A stretch of 64,000 nt of DNA from Armatimonadota bacterium (GTDB lineage Bacteria; Armatimonadota; Fimbriimonadia; Fimbriimonadales; ATM1), in the NCBI GenBank assembly GCA_040289295.1, contig PSLA01000001.1:33287-97286 (forward strand). The letters run 5' to 3'. Position 1 is the stretch's first letter. Each line of letters opens with the position of its first letter. Under the pieces are notes generated by a model that worked only from the letters and a program-made list of their open reading frames with translations, did not search any database and was not told where the DNA came from. Positions 19,385 through 28,288 of the stretch are shown in pieces. The position numbers and the translations under genes were made by a program.

Positions 19385-21940
19385 ATGCTTCCAATGATGT
19401 GCCTCGCGGTCGCCGTATACCTTCTTATCACCCCAATCCTCCCCCTTTGGGAGAGGGCCGGGGTGAGGGAGCCCCCCCTCTCCCTCTGGGAGAGGGCTGG
19501 GGTGAGGGAGCTTTTCGCCCTAACGACGGCAGCAGAGGGTCCCCCTCCCCCTTTGCGAAAGCGTTGTGGCGAGCGCCCTACATGCCTGCAAGACCTGCTC
19601 GCCGAAGCACGAGCCGCGGAGCATGAGGGGAAGACGGCGGAGGCGATACGGCTTTATCGCGCCTACTTGCGCGAGCACCCCGACGAGTTCATCGCACTCT
19701 ACAACCTCGGAGCGCTGCTGATCCGCACCGGGCAGCCCAACGACGCGCTGGAGGCTGAGCCGAATCGCCTGGAGCCGCGGATGGCACTCGCCAACGCGTA
19801 CCTGCTGCTCAACGAGCCGCTGACGGCACTGGAGGTTCTGCGACCGGCGGAGGCTACTGGGGCAAACGTTCCGGAGTACTGGAGCCTGCGTGCCGGAGTG
19901 GAGGCCTCGATAGGCGACGGGGCTGCCACCGCGTCCGCGCGCCGAGCAAAGAGCCTGGCGCCGAAGCGCTTTGACCTGGCTATGCAGGCTGCCGCGATCT
20001 TCGTCGCCTTCGGCAAGCACGCGGAGGCGGCGGACGCCTACAGGGACGCAGCGCTTCTGAGCCCTGGCGACCCAGCGCCCGTGCTCGGAGAGGCCCGCGT
20101 TCTGATTGCCATGGGCAACCCACAACAGGCTGCGGAACTGTGCGAGTCGGCGTATTCTCGCTTTCCGACCAACGCCGAGATCGCCGAGCAGCATGCGCGG
20201 GCACTGCTGACGCTGAGCCGTGCTGAAGATGCCCTGAGTGTGTTGGATGCGGCGCAGGGTCGTGGGGTAGACCGACTGTCGTTGGCGGTGGCTCGCGCGG
20301 AGGTTCTTCAAGCCCTCCAGAGGCATAGCGAGGCGCTTCGCGCGCTCAATGAGGCACTCGAGAGCCGACCGGACGACACGCGCGCTCTGGCGGCGCGATC
20401 GCGACTGCACCTCCTCTCGAAGCGATACAAGGAAGCAGAGCGAGACGCGGACATGGCGATGCGCGTTGCCCCGCGGTGGCGGGAGGCGTACCTTCTCGCG
20501 CTCGAGGTCGCCCGCGCACAGAACAAGTCCCACGCGGAGGAGGTAATTCTACGCAACTGGATCGCGAATGCACCGGAGCAGCCCGAGGCTTATCCAATTC
20601 TTCTCCAGATTCTCCTAAAACGAGAAGCATGGTCGGAAGTCGGAGTGCTCGCGGACTTCTATCTGAGAATTCGGCCCAACGACAAAGAGGCGCTCGGCAT
20701 GCTGGCGCAGGCGTTTCTGGGAAGCGGAGACGTCGGGACAGCCATCGAACGCCTGAACGCCGCCTTCGCACGAGGCGTCGAAAGCGAGCAACTGTACCTC
20801 TACCTTGCTTTGTGCTATCGTAAGCAACAGTCCGCCGCAGAGGCGATTCGCGTGCTCGAAACGCTTGTGCGCAAGTATCCCAACTCCGAACGAGGCTGGT
20901 CGTTGCTGGCGACGATTCAGGAGCCGCAACGCCCCGACGCCGCGCTCGTTGTGTATGACCGGATGCTTGCGGCGCTACCTGGCAACCTGGAAGCGATAAA
21001 GGGACGCGCGCGGATGCTGAGCCGGTTGCAGCGCCACGAAGAGTCGGCACGCGAGTGGATCCGCCTCGCTGAGTTGCAAGGTTCAAAGGGGCCGTACTAT
21101 TTCGCCGCGATGGAGTGGGCAGCCGCAGGCAAACCGGAGCAAGCCGACGCGATGTTCGCGCGTCTCCGAGATCAACACAAAGAGGATGTGGACCTGTTTG
21201 TGGTTCACGCGCAGTACCTCGCCGATTCGGAGCGACTAGACGAAGCGCTGACTGTTTTCAAGGGGATAACGCACATCGCCCCGACCGACCCTCGGGGCTA
21301 TCTCGCCGGTGGACGCGCGCTGGTGGACCGACACCGACCCGATGCTGCGATTGACCTCCTGCTCCCCGGTGGCAGACATCTCTACAAAGACTTTCAATAC
21401 TTCCGACTGCTCGAAGAAGCGGCGCTGAAAGCGCAAAGGCCTGATGTCATCGCCACCGTGACGGAAGACCTCGTTGAGCGAGGGCTGTTTTCTCTGCCTA
21501 TGGTTGTCGCGTATGTGAACGCACAAGCGCGCAAGAAGGCCATCGCAGCCGCCATTGCGCGCCTCGAGCGAGCAGCGAAGGACCATCCAAACGAGATGGC
21601 TGTTTTCTTCGGCTTGGCACGAGCCAAGGCGTTGAACAACGACGGAAAAGGCGCACTGGAGGCACTTGACCGAGCTGTTGACCTGGCCCCCTCCGACGTG
21701 GAAGTGCTCCAGGTGTATGCCCAAGCAGCCGAGGCGGCGCAGGACCCCCAGCGAGCCGCTCGAGCCTACGGGCTACTCGCCGTTGCGCTGCCGAACGACT
21801 CACGCTACGTTCTCAAGCAGGCGGGCTACCTCAGGGAACTGGGGCGAAAGGACGAGGCCATCGCCGTCTTGCGGCAGGCTCGCGATCGCTTCCCCAATGA
21901 CAGCGAGATTGTCGAGATGCTCCGCGCGCTCGGCGGCTGA
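19385..21940 (+). CDS. Large TPR-repeat protein
   Basis: Many TPR-like helical repeats (AIRLYRAYLREHPDEFIALYNLGALL and others). The start is uncertain. The first ~45 codons after ATG 19385 include two repeat copies, and the real start could be downstream (for example TTG near 19553). Confidence 0.72.
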   Translation: MLPMMCLAVAVYLLITPILPLWERAGVREPPLSLWERAGVRELFALTTAAEGPPPPLRKRCGERPTCLQDLLAEARAAEHEGKTAEAIRLYRAYLREHPDEFIALYNLGALLIRTGQPNDALEAEPNRLEPRMALANAYLLLNEPLTALEVLRPAEATGANVPEYWSLRAGVEASIGDGAATASARRAKSLAPKRFDLAMQAAAIFVAFGKHAEAADAYRDAALLSPGDPAPVLGEARVLIAMGNPQQAAELCESAYSRFPTNAEIAEQHARALLTLSRAEDALSVLDAAQGRGVDRLSLAVARAEVLQALQRHSEALRALNEALESRPDDTRALAARSRLHLLSKRYKEAERDADMAMRVAPRWREAYLLALEVARAQNKSHAEEVILRNWIANAPEQPEAYPILLQILLKREAWSEVGVLADFYLRIRPNDKEALGMLAQAFLGSGDVGTAIERLNAAFARGVESEQLYLYLALCYRKQQSAAEAIRVLETLVRKYPNSERGWSLLATIQEPQRPDAALVVYDRMLAALPGNLEAIKGRARMLSRLQRHEESAREWIRLAELQGSKGPYYFAAMEWAAAGKPEQADAMFARLRDQHKEDVDLFVVHAQYLADSERLDEALTVFKGITHIAPTDPRGYLAGGRALVDRHRPDAAIDLLLPGGRHLYKDFQYFRLLEEAALKAQRPDVIATVTEDLVERGLFSLPMVVAYVNAQARKKAIAAAIARLERAAKDHPNEMAVFFGLARAKALNNDGKGALEALDRAVDLAPSDVEVLQVYAQAAEAAQDPQRAARAYGLLAVALPNDSRYVLKQAGYLRELGRKDEAIAVLRQARDRFPNDSEIVEMLRALGG
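19437..19469 (+). repeat. Family-1 repeat, copy b1 (degenerate left arm)
   Basis: TCCTCCCCCTTTGGGAGAGGGCCGGGGTGAGGG. Confidence 0.8.
19476..19508 (+). repeat. Family-1 repeat, copy b2
   Basis: CCCTCTCCCTCTGGGAGAGGGCTGGGGTGAGGG, 6 nt after copy b1. Confidence 0.9.
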
Positions 21941-21960
21941 TCATCGGCAGACAGCCGCCG

Positions 21961-22063
21961 AGGGAAGGCGAGCGTCCCCGCGAGCAGTTCTTTGATGGCG
22001 GTCCTCTGGTGCTCGCAAGACGCTCACGCTCCCTGGTGCGTGAGGTAGGGAGCGAGAGCCGCC
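21961..22063. repeat. Family-2 REP/BIME-like cluster (3 units, mixed orientation)
   Basis: AGGGAAGGCGAGCGTCCCCGCGAGC (21961-21985), GCTCGCAAGACGCTCACGCTCCCT (22011-22034, inverted) and AGGGAGCGAGAGCCGCC (22047-22063). The last two can pair as a hairpin. Confidence 0.8.
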
Positions 22064-22070
22064 CACCAGG

Positions 22071-22889
22071 TCAGCCGCGAGCCTTCCAGACTCGCAGCAC
22101 GTCCCTGAGCAATGCTTCGGCATCGGCAAGGCGCCATTGCGTCGCGCTATCGGAAAGAGCTTTCTCGGGCTCTGGGTGAACTTCCAGGAACAAGGCGTCA
22201 ATCCCCACCGCGGCAGCCGCGCGAGCGAGCGCCGGAATCGCGTCGCGATTGCCACCCGACTGCGTGCCTGCTGCTCCTGGCCGTTGGGCGCTGTGTGTGG
22301 CGTCGAAGCACAGCGGCCAGCCGAACGAGCGCAACACAGGCACCCCTGCCATGTCGACAACGAGCGCGTGGTAACCGAACGTTGTTCCACGCTCCGTGAG
22401 GACGATCCCCTGTGCGCCTGCGGCCTCGAGTTTGCCCACGATGTGCTTTGCGTCTTCTGGCGCCAGGAACTGCCCCTTCTTCACATTCACCGGCGCGCCG
22501 GTCTCCGCGCAGGCAGCCAAGAGGTCTGTCTGCCGACAAAGAAATGCGGGGACCTGTAAGAGATCAACCTCCTGTGCGACCGGTTTGGCTTGTTCCGGCA
22601 GGTGCACGTCGGTCGTCGTCGGCACGTGGAACTCCCGCTTCACTCTTGCCAGCAGTTCGAGCCCCGCATCCATCCCTCGGCCACGCGGAGTGGAGACGCT
22701 GCTGCGATTCGCCTTATCAAACGACGCCTTGAAGATGTAGCCCACCGAGAGCACCGAGCACAAACTTTTCATCTTCTCTACAACGCGTGCGCAGACGTCC
22801 CAGCTCTCGGCGAGGCAGGGCCCCGCGATGATGACCGGATGCCCTCCGCCGATCGGTACGCCTGCAACGTCAACGCTCTTCACGTCCAT
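22071..22889 (-). CDS. kdsA: 2-dehydro-3-deoxyphosphooctonate aldolase (KDO-8-P synthase)
   Basis: MDVKSVDVAGVPIGGGHPVIIAGPC..., FKASFDKANRSS and QVPAFLCRQTDLL motifs. The start at 22889 lies 2 nt after the dsbD-like stop. The track ORF's extra 117 codons overlap dsbD. Confidence 0.9.
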   Translation of the reverse strand: MDVKSVDVAGVPIGGGHPVIIAGPCLAESWDVCARVVEKMKSLCSVLSVGYIFKASFDKANRSSVSTPRGRGMDAGLELLARVKREFHVPTTTDVHLPEQAKPVAQEVDLLQVPAFLCRQTDLLAACAETGAPVNVKKGQFLAPEDAKHIVGKLEAAGAQGIVLTERGTTFGYHALVVDMAGVPVLRSFGWPLCFDATHSAQRPGAAGTQSGGNRDAIPALARAAAAVGIDALFLEVHPEPEKALSDSATQWRLADAEALLRDVLRVWKARG

Positions 22890-22891
22890 GC

Positions 22892-24901
22892 CTAAGGTAT
22901 CGCCCCCGCGTCCCTCAGCAGTCGCAGCCAGCCCTCCGCATCGATAAACTCCTTCTGGATATGCGTCAGCCTTCCCTGCGGGTCGTAGAACCGGATATGC
23001 GGCAGTGACTGCCAGCCGAAGTGCTCCTGCGTTGCCTTCTGATATGCGGCATCCACACCGGTCGAGAGATCCATCTTGAAGGCGCGAACGCCGCGCATCG
23101 CTCGGATGACGTCCGGGTCGGTAAACGTCTTGTGTTCGATTTCCATGCATGCCGCGCACCAGTTCGCCGTACCGTCTACCACCACGGGTGTTCCGCTTCC
23201 CACCGCCTGTTCGAAAGCCTCGATCGTGAACGGCTCCCACTTGATCCCTTCAGGCGGAGGTTTTGTCGCGTCGTTGATGTAACCAGAACCGTACCAAGCC
23301 ATGAACAGAATCGCAACTGTGCGCACAAAGGCAACGATCTTTGATGAGAACGACCGGTCGAACCAAAGAAGATACGCAGCCGAAACGAAGAACGCCACAG
23401 CGTTGACCCACAGCGTTGCGACGTACGGGATGTTTGCGCTCAACCCTTGCATCGCCGGACCGAGGTAGCGCGTTACTGCGAATAGGACGATAACCAGGCC
23501 GATAATGCGCTTCAGCGTTGTGAGCCAGTCTGCGGAGCGCGGAAGCTGAGCGCCAGCGACCGCAAGGAACACATAAGGCAAGCCAAGCCCAAGACCGATC
23601 GCGGTGAATACTGAGATCCCCAACGGGAAACTTCCCTGCTGCGCGACCACGATCGCAAGCGCGGCGATGAGCGCGGTACCGCACGGGGCCGCCCCGACAC
23701 CAAGTAGTGACCCCATCATGAACGCACCGGCCGTACCGGAACGCCCGCGCAACTGTTTCTGCAGGAAGCCAGGCAGTCGGATTTCGTACACGCCGAACAT
23801 GGAAAGTGCAAGACCAAACAGCAAGGCGAACACGCCTAAGTTGAACCACGGGCTTTGGAACAGCGTGCCGAACCCCTTTCCCACCAGAACCGACACCGCT
23901 CCGAACACCCCGAAGCTGAGCGCGATGCCGAGCATGTACGACACGCCGAGCGCGAACTTGCCGCCGGTGCTTTCCCTCGCCTGCTGGCTGAAGAACGAGA
24001 GCGTTATCGGAATGAGCGGATAGACGCATGGAGTGAGGTTCAGCAGCAGTCCGGCGAGGAAACCAGCGAGGAGTAGTGCCAAGAACCCTGTGTTCGTTGC
24101 CTGCCCTTGTTCGTCGAGCGGCACCTCGCCGGCCCGACTCGGGTAGCGGTCAACGCCCGCGAGCGGGTCCCTAACAGTTGGCCGCTCCTGCGTCTCTACG
24201 GTTTCCGCTGGTGCAGCATCCACCTGTGGGTACAAGCCCGGCGCAGCGCCATCCTCCATGTCGAACCGCTGGTCGTTGCTCGACACGGGCGTGTCATCCC
24301 GCAAGACGTCCTCCCTGTCTTGCGCCGGCGGGTGCTTCGGTGGCGCGGTATCGCCCGCACGTGACGAGCCGGTGTTCGTCAGCGGCGTCTCATCCCGCTC
24401 TATCGTTAGCGACGCGCTTGCGGTAACGATGTCCGGTGGGAAGCAGGACGAGTCGTCGCACATTTGTACCTGCACGGCGACCTCAACAGGCACCTCGCCT
24501 TGGGCATTTGCGGGCAGGCGCACCCGAATCGGGATGCGGATGTTGCCCTCGTAGACAGCCAGCGGCTCGTCGCTGAAGCCGAACGTCTTCATCTTGCCCT
24601 TTGGGTACTCAGCGGAGACCAGCGTGCCTCCGGTCTTCAGCGAAATGCTCACCGGAATGAACCCGTCGACGTTTGGTGGGTTCTGGTTCGCATGCAGACC
24701 GGTAGGAATCCTGACTTCCACAACGCCGGGCACGACCGCACCTGGCTTCGCGGACCTGACGTCAAAGCGAAGGTTGGCTTTGGCTTGCTGGGCAACGGCG
24801 CTGCCCAACGCGGCAAGCGCAAACAGGAAGAGGAGGGCGATTCGAACGTAGCGAGCCAATTCAGACGATAGGTTACTCCATCCGGGGCGTCGGGAAGTCA
24901 T
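22892..24901 (-). CDS. dsbD: Thiol:disulfide interchange protein DsbD-like (N-terminal domain, CcdA-type TM core, C-terminal thioredoxin)
   Basis: Signal peptide, TM core with LTPCVYPLIP and GAAPCG motifs, and C-terminal thioredoxin WCAAC. A ~100-aa acidic/Pro-rich linker follows the N-terminal domain. Confidence 0.8.
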   Translation of the reverse strand: MTSRRPGWSNLSSELARYVRIALLFLFALAALGSAVAQQAKANLRFDVRSAKPGAVVPGVVEVRIPTGLHANQNPPNVDGFIPVSISLKTGGTLVSAEYPKGKMKTFGFSDEPLAVYEGNIRIPIRVRLPANAQGEVPVEVAVQVQMCDDSSCFPPDIVTASASLTIERDETPLTNTGSSRAGDTAPPKHPPAQDREDVLRDDTPVSSNDQRFDMEDGAAPGLYPQVDAAPAETVETQERPTVRDPLAGVDRYPSRAGEVPLDEQGQATNTGFLALLLAGFLAGLLLNLTPCVYPLIPITLSFFSQQARESTGGKFALGVSYMLGIALSFGVFGAVSVLVGKGFGTLFQSPWFNLGVFALLFGLALSMFGVYEIRLPGFLQKQLRGRSGTAGAFMMGSLLGVGAAPCGTALIAALAIVVAQQGSFPLGISVFTAIGLGLGLPYVFLAVAGAQLPRSADWLTTLKRIIGLVIVLFAVTRYLGPAMQGLSANIPYVATLWVNAVAFFVSAAYLLWFDRSFSSKIVAFVRTVAILFMAWYGSGYINDATKPPPEGIKWEPFTIEAFEQAVGSGTPVVVDGTANWCAACMEIEHKTFTDPDVIRAMRGVRAFKMDLSTGVDAAYQKATQEHFGWQSLPHIRFYDPQGRLTHIQKEFIDAEGWLRLLRDAGAIP

Positions 24902-24939
24902 GCTTGTTCGAACGTCCGCATCGCGCTCGCGGGTTTCCT

Positions 24940-25935
24940 CTACTCGAACAACCGAACCGTCTCACCCGTGGCGGCACTCTGCCTCGCAGCCTCGAGGATC
25001 GCAATGCTGCACCGCACTTCCTCGGGCTTGACGGCGAGTTCCTTGCCATCCAGAAGATGGTCGCGAACGTTCTCATAGACCGTGCGCCAAGTGGACTCCG
25101 GCGCCTTCAAAGTGAGATCTCCCGAAAGGCTGCCGCGAATCGCGCCACGGACGAGCGCAGTATCCCAACCCTCCATCCTGAGAGCCGCGTCCTCTCCTCG
25201 AACCAACCAGCGCGGTCGAGAGAGGTGGCTGACGCACCCTACGTCGAACTGCGCGACCACGTCGTTCTCGAACGTGATGCTAACCGTGGTCTGTGTCTCA
25301 ACGTTTACCCCCTCGTGGCCACCGTAGTGCTGGGTAGCGAAAACCAGCCTCGGCTTCACCGGATTCATCAATTGGACCAGTTGGTCGGCCAAGTGAGCGC
25401 CCCAATCGTACAGCATGCCACCACCATGCTCCTTGCTGCCGCGCCAGCCCACCGGAAACCAGTGCCCGTTGACCGAAGATTCGATTTGAAACACCGCGCC
25501 TAAAACGCCAGATTTGATCACCGAGCGCACGAGCAGGTAGTCCCCGTCCCAACGGCGGTTCTGATAGACGCTCAGCATTCGCCCTGCCTCCGTCGCGGCA
25601 TCGATCATGGCGTCCGCCTCCGCCACGCTAAGGCACATCACCTTCTCAGTCAAGACGTCTTTGCCCGCGCGGCTGGCTTGTATGCTCAGCCTGGCGTGCG
25701 TATCGTGAGGTGTGACCAGCACAACGAGGCGCACATCCTCACGCTCAAGGAGCTGCTCGAAAGAATCACAGACCACCGCGGCTGGCTGCTCTTCTCGCGC
25801 CGCCTCCCGACGCTCAGGGAGCACGTCGAAGATCGCGCGCAGTTCCATTCCCTCGACGGCGTGCACATGCTCGGCGTGATGCCTTCCCATTTGAAACCGC
25901 GCGCCATACCCAACCAGACCGACGCCGATCGCCAT
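24940..25935 (-). CDS. Gfo/Idh/MocA-family oxidoreductase
   Basis: N-terminal Rossmann motif GVGLVGYG and the EKVM motif (VLTEKVM). 331 aa. Confidence 0.8.
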   Translation of the reverse strand: MAIGVGLVGYGARFQMGRHHAEHVHAVEGMELRAIFDVLPERREAAREEQPAAVVCDSFEQLLEREDVRLVVLVTPHDTHARLSIQASRAGKDVLTEKVMCLSVAEADAMIDAATEAGRMLSVYQNRRWDGDYLLVRSVIKSGVLGAVFQIESSVNGHWFPVGWRGSKEHGGGMLYDWGAHLADQLVQLMNPVKPRLVFATQHYGGHEGVNVETQTTVSITFENDVVAQFDVGCVSHLSRPRWLVRGEDAALRMEGWDTALVRGAIRGSLSGDLTLKAPESTWRTVYENVRDHLLDGKELAVKPEEVRCSIAILEAARQSAATGETVRLFE

Positions 25936-26066
25936 GTCAGCGTGTCTACCCGTTGTGTCGGTGGGGATGCGAGTTGACGGCGGCTAAGCCCCAGGCGCGA
26001 CCGCATCGCTGGCGCTGCACCTCGGTGCTGACCGGTAGGGCGAGGCTATCAACATCAAGAAGCCTT

Positions 26067-26247
26067 GCTCGCGGGGACGCTCGCCCTCCCTTCAACATAG
26101 GGAGCGTGGACGTCTCGCGAACACAGGGAGCGTGAGCGTCTCGCGAACACCAAACCATCGCCATCAAAAAACGGCTCGCGAAGACGTTCGCCCTCCCTTG
26201 TTGCCAGCCGCATACCAGCCAGGGAGGGCGAGCCTCCGGCGAGCCGT
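26067..26247. repeat. Family-2 REP/BIME-like cluster (5 units: inverted, direct, direct, inverted, direct)
   Basis: Unit coordinates: 26067-26091 GCTCGCGGGGACGCTCGCCCTCCCT; 26099-26124 AGGGAGCGTGGACGTCTCGCGAACAC; 26125-26150 AGGGAGCGTGAGCGTCTCGCGAACAC; 26174-26198 GCTCGCGAAGACGTTCGCCCTCCCT; 26221-26247 AGGGAGGGCGAGCCTCCGGCGAGCCGT. Confidence 0.88.
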
Positions 26248-26401
26248 CGCGATGCCCTCCCGAGGAGGAACGCGAGGAAGTTAAGCCACCTTGTGCAGCA
26301 AGCATGACCTTAGGTAACCAGATGGCTGGAACCTCACGCATTATCCTGCGAAACACTAAAATCAAGAACCGCTTGACCGCCCTCGTGATTCTGCCGAGGT
26401 G

Positions 26402-27823
26402 ATGCAAGATTTGCAACGTCTTTCTCCTTCCGGGTGGGTTTGCGCACGGGGTAGGCTTCTGCGAGTGTCGAAGCCCATACCGGAGAGCAAGTTTCACGTT
26501 GAGACTCCGCCGATTCGGCAGATACCCTTTGTCCGGCCGATCCTGGAGTTCACGAAGCTACAAGCCTCGTCGGGCATCTTGCTCATCACCGTTGCCTTGA
26601 TTGCCATGGCTTGGGCGAACTCTCCGCTAAGCGAGCAGTACTTCCACCTCTGGAAGCGCCCCTTGGTCGTCGGGTTCGACACCTACGTGTTCAGTATGAG
26701 CTTTCACGACGTCATCTCCGACGGGCTCATGGCGATTTTCTTCCTGCTTGTGGGGCTGGAGATCAAGCGAGAGTTCGTGATGGGCGAGCTGTCAACGGTC
26801 CGGCGCGCTGCGCTTCCCCTGATGGCAGCCGCCGGCGGCATGGTTGTCCCCGCACTCATCTACCTCATATTCAATAAGGGACTGCCGACCGAGGGCGGGT
26901 GGGGCATCGCAGTGGCGACAGACATCGCGTTCACGCTTGGCGTCATCACGCTGCTGGGCAACAGAGTGCCACTGGCGCTGAAGGTATTCCTCACAGCGTT
27001 CGCCATCGCCGATGACATCGGGGCTGTCATCATCATCGCGCTCGTTTACAGCAACGATTTGAACTTGAACGCGCTCGCCGCCATGGGCGCTATCTGCCTG
27101 CTGCTCGCGCTGCTCAACATCGGGGGAGTTCGCAGCCTGGTACCGTACCTGGTGCTCGGCGTATTCCTCTGGCAAGCTACGTACTTCTCCGGCATCCACG
27201 CGACCGTCTCGGGCGTCTTGCTGGCGTTCTTCATTCCGATGAATTTCCGGATGAGGACGAAACAGTTCCTCGGCCTGGTCCGCCGACAGCTCAACCGTAT
27301 CGAACGAGAGAACCCGTCCGACGACGCGCCGGTTACCGAGCGCCGACACTACCTGCTCGGCGAGGTTGAACGTGCCGCAGAGAGTGCCAGCATGCCCCTC
27401 ATTCGGCTGGAGCACGCCCTTCACCCGTGGGTCTCGTACGCCATCATGCCGCTGTTCGCGTTGGCGAACGCAGGCGTCGCTTTGTCAGGGATGGGGTTTG
27501 AGGCCCTTGCCCACCCAGTATTTCTTGGGGGGGCTTTCGGCTTGGCGGCAGGCAAGGGGATCGGAATCTCCCTGTTTTCCTGGCTGGCGGTCCGGCTGGG
27601 GTTTGCCGATCTGCCGCGCAACGTCACCTGGAGGCAGCTGGTCGGGGCGGGCATCCTGGGCGGGATCGGGTTTACCATGTCCCTGTTCATCGCGAACCTC
27701 GGCCTCTCCCCGGAGGACCTGCCCGAAGCGAAGCTTGGCGTGCTGACCGCAAGCTCGGTAGCCGGGACCGTCGGCCTGGCCTGGTTGCATTGGGCGTCCC
27801 GGAGGCGAACTACCTCCAAATAG
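26402..27823 (+). CDS. nhaA: Na+/H+ antiporter NhaA
   Basis: ASSGILLITVALIAMAWANSP and the AIADDIGAVIIIAL (DD) motif. Start uncertain (ATG 26402 or in-frame GTG 26465). Confidence 0.88.
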   Translation: MQDLQRLSPSGWVCARGRLLRVSKPIPESKFHVETPPIRQIPFVRPILEFTKLQASSGILLITVALIAMAWANSPLSEQYFHLWKRPLVVGFDTYVFSMSFHDVISDGLMAIFFLLVGLEIKREFVMGELSTVRRAALPLMAAAGGMVVPALIYLIFNKGLPTEGGWGIAVATDIAFTLGVITLLGNRVPLALKVFLTAFAIADDIGAVIIIALVYSNDLNLNALAAMGAICLLLALLNIGGVRSLVPYLVLGVFLWQATYFSGIHATVSGVLLAFFIPMNFRMRTKQFLGLVRRQLNRIERENPSDDAPVTERRHYLLGEVERAAESASMPLIRLEHALHPWVSYAIMPLFALANAGVALSGMGFEALAHPVFLGGAFGLAAGKGIGISLFSWLAVRLGFADLPRNVTWRQLVGAGILGGIGFTMSLFIANLGLSPEDLPEAKLGVLTASSVAGTVGLAWLHWASRRRTTSK

Positions 27824-27997
27824 GAAGGAGAACAACCCTAAACCCCTTGCTTTTTGCCACCTGGACGGGGTAGAGTGCGTGGAGAGTCTCAGCACAGGTC
27901 GCCGTTGTACGGAGCTGCTGACGAGGCGGCTGCATAGAGCGGCAATCCTGCTGGGGCTCGAGAAACTAAAACAAACAAGGGGCTTTTGTCACGCAGT

Positions 27998-28279
27998 ATG
28001 CCGCTTCCCGAGGAAGTCAAACAGCAGGTTATCGAGAAGTACCGGACGTCGGATACCGACACGGGCTCGGTTGAAGTTCAGATCGCGCTCCTCACAGAGC
28101 GGATTCGACAGATCACGGAGCACTTGCGAACGAACAAGAAAGACTTCCACTCCCGGCTGGGGCTGCTGAAGTTGGTCGGCAAGCGACGCCGGCTCGAGCG
28201 CTATCTACGCCAGCGAGACATCGATCGGTATCGCGCGTTGATTCAGGAACTCGGCATACGAGAACAAAAGCCTCAATAA
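27998..28279 (+). CDS. rpsO: 30S ribosomal protein S15
   Basis: [50 protein letters not shown] chose the ATG at 27998. Confidence 0.93.
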   Translation: MPLPEEVKQQVIEKYRTSDTDTGSVEVQIALLTERIRQITEHLRTNKKDFHSRLGLLKLVGKRRRLERYLRQRDIDRYRALIQELGIREQKPQ

Positions 28280-28288
28280 GGAGGCAAA

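Noticed and set aside
19520-20533. 337-aa minus-strand ORF (also 20346..21086)
   Set aside because: Antisense to the TPR gene, and Arg-rich. There is no independent support.
22890-23240. N-terminal 117-codon extension of the kdsA track ORF (22071..23240)
   Set aside because: It overlaps the thioredoxin domain of the dsbD-like gene in another frame. The conserved KdsA sequence begins at MDVKS (22889), 2 nt after the dsbD stop.
25936-26400. 465-nt intergenic region as host of a structured ncRNA (RNase P, tmRNA, SRP)
   Set aside because: None of the conserved signature sequences of these RNAs is visible. The region is largely accounted for by five family-2 repeat units.
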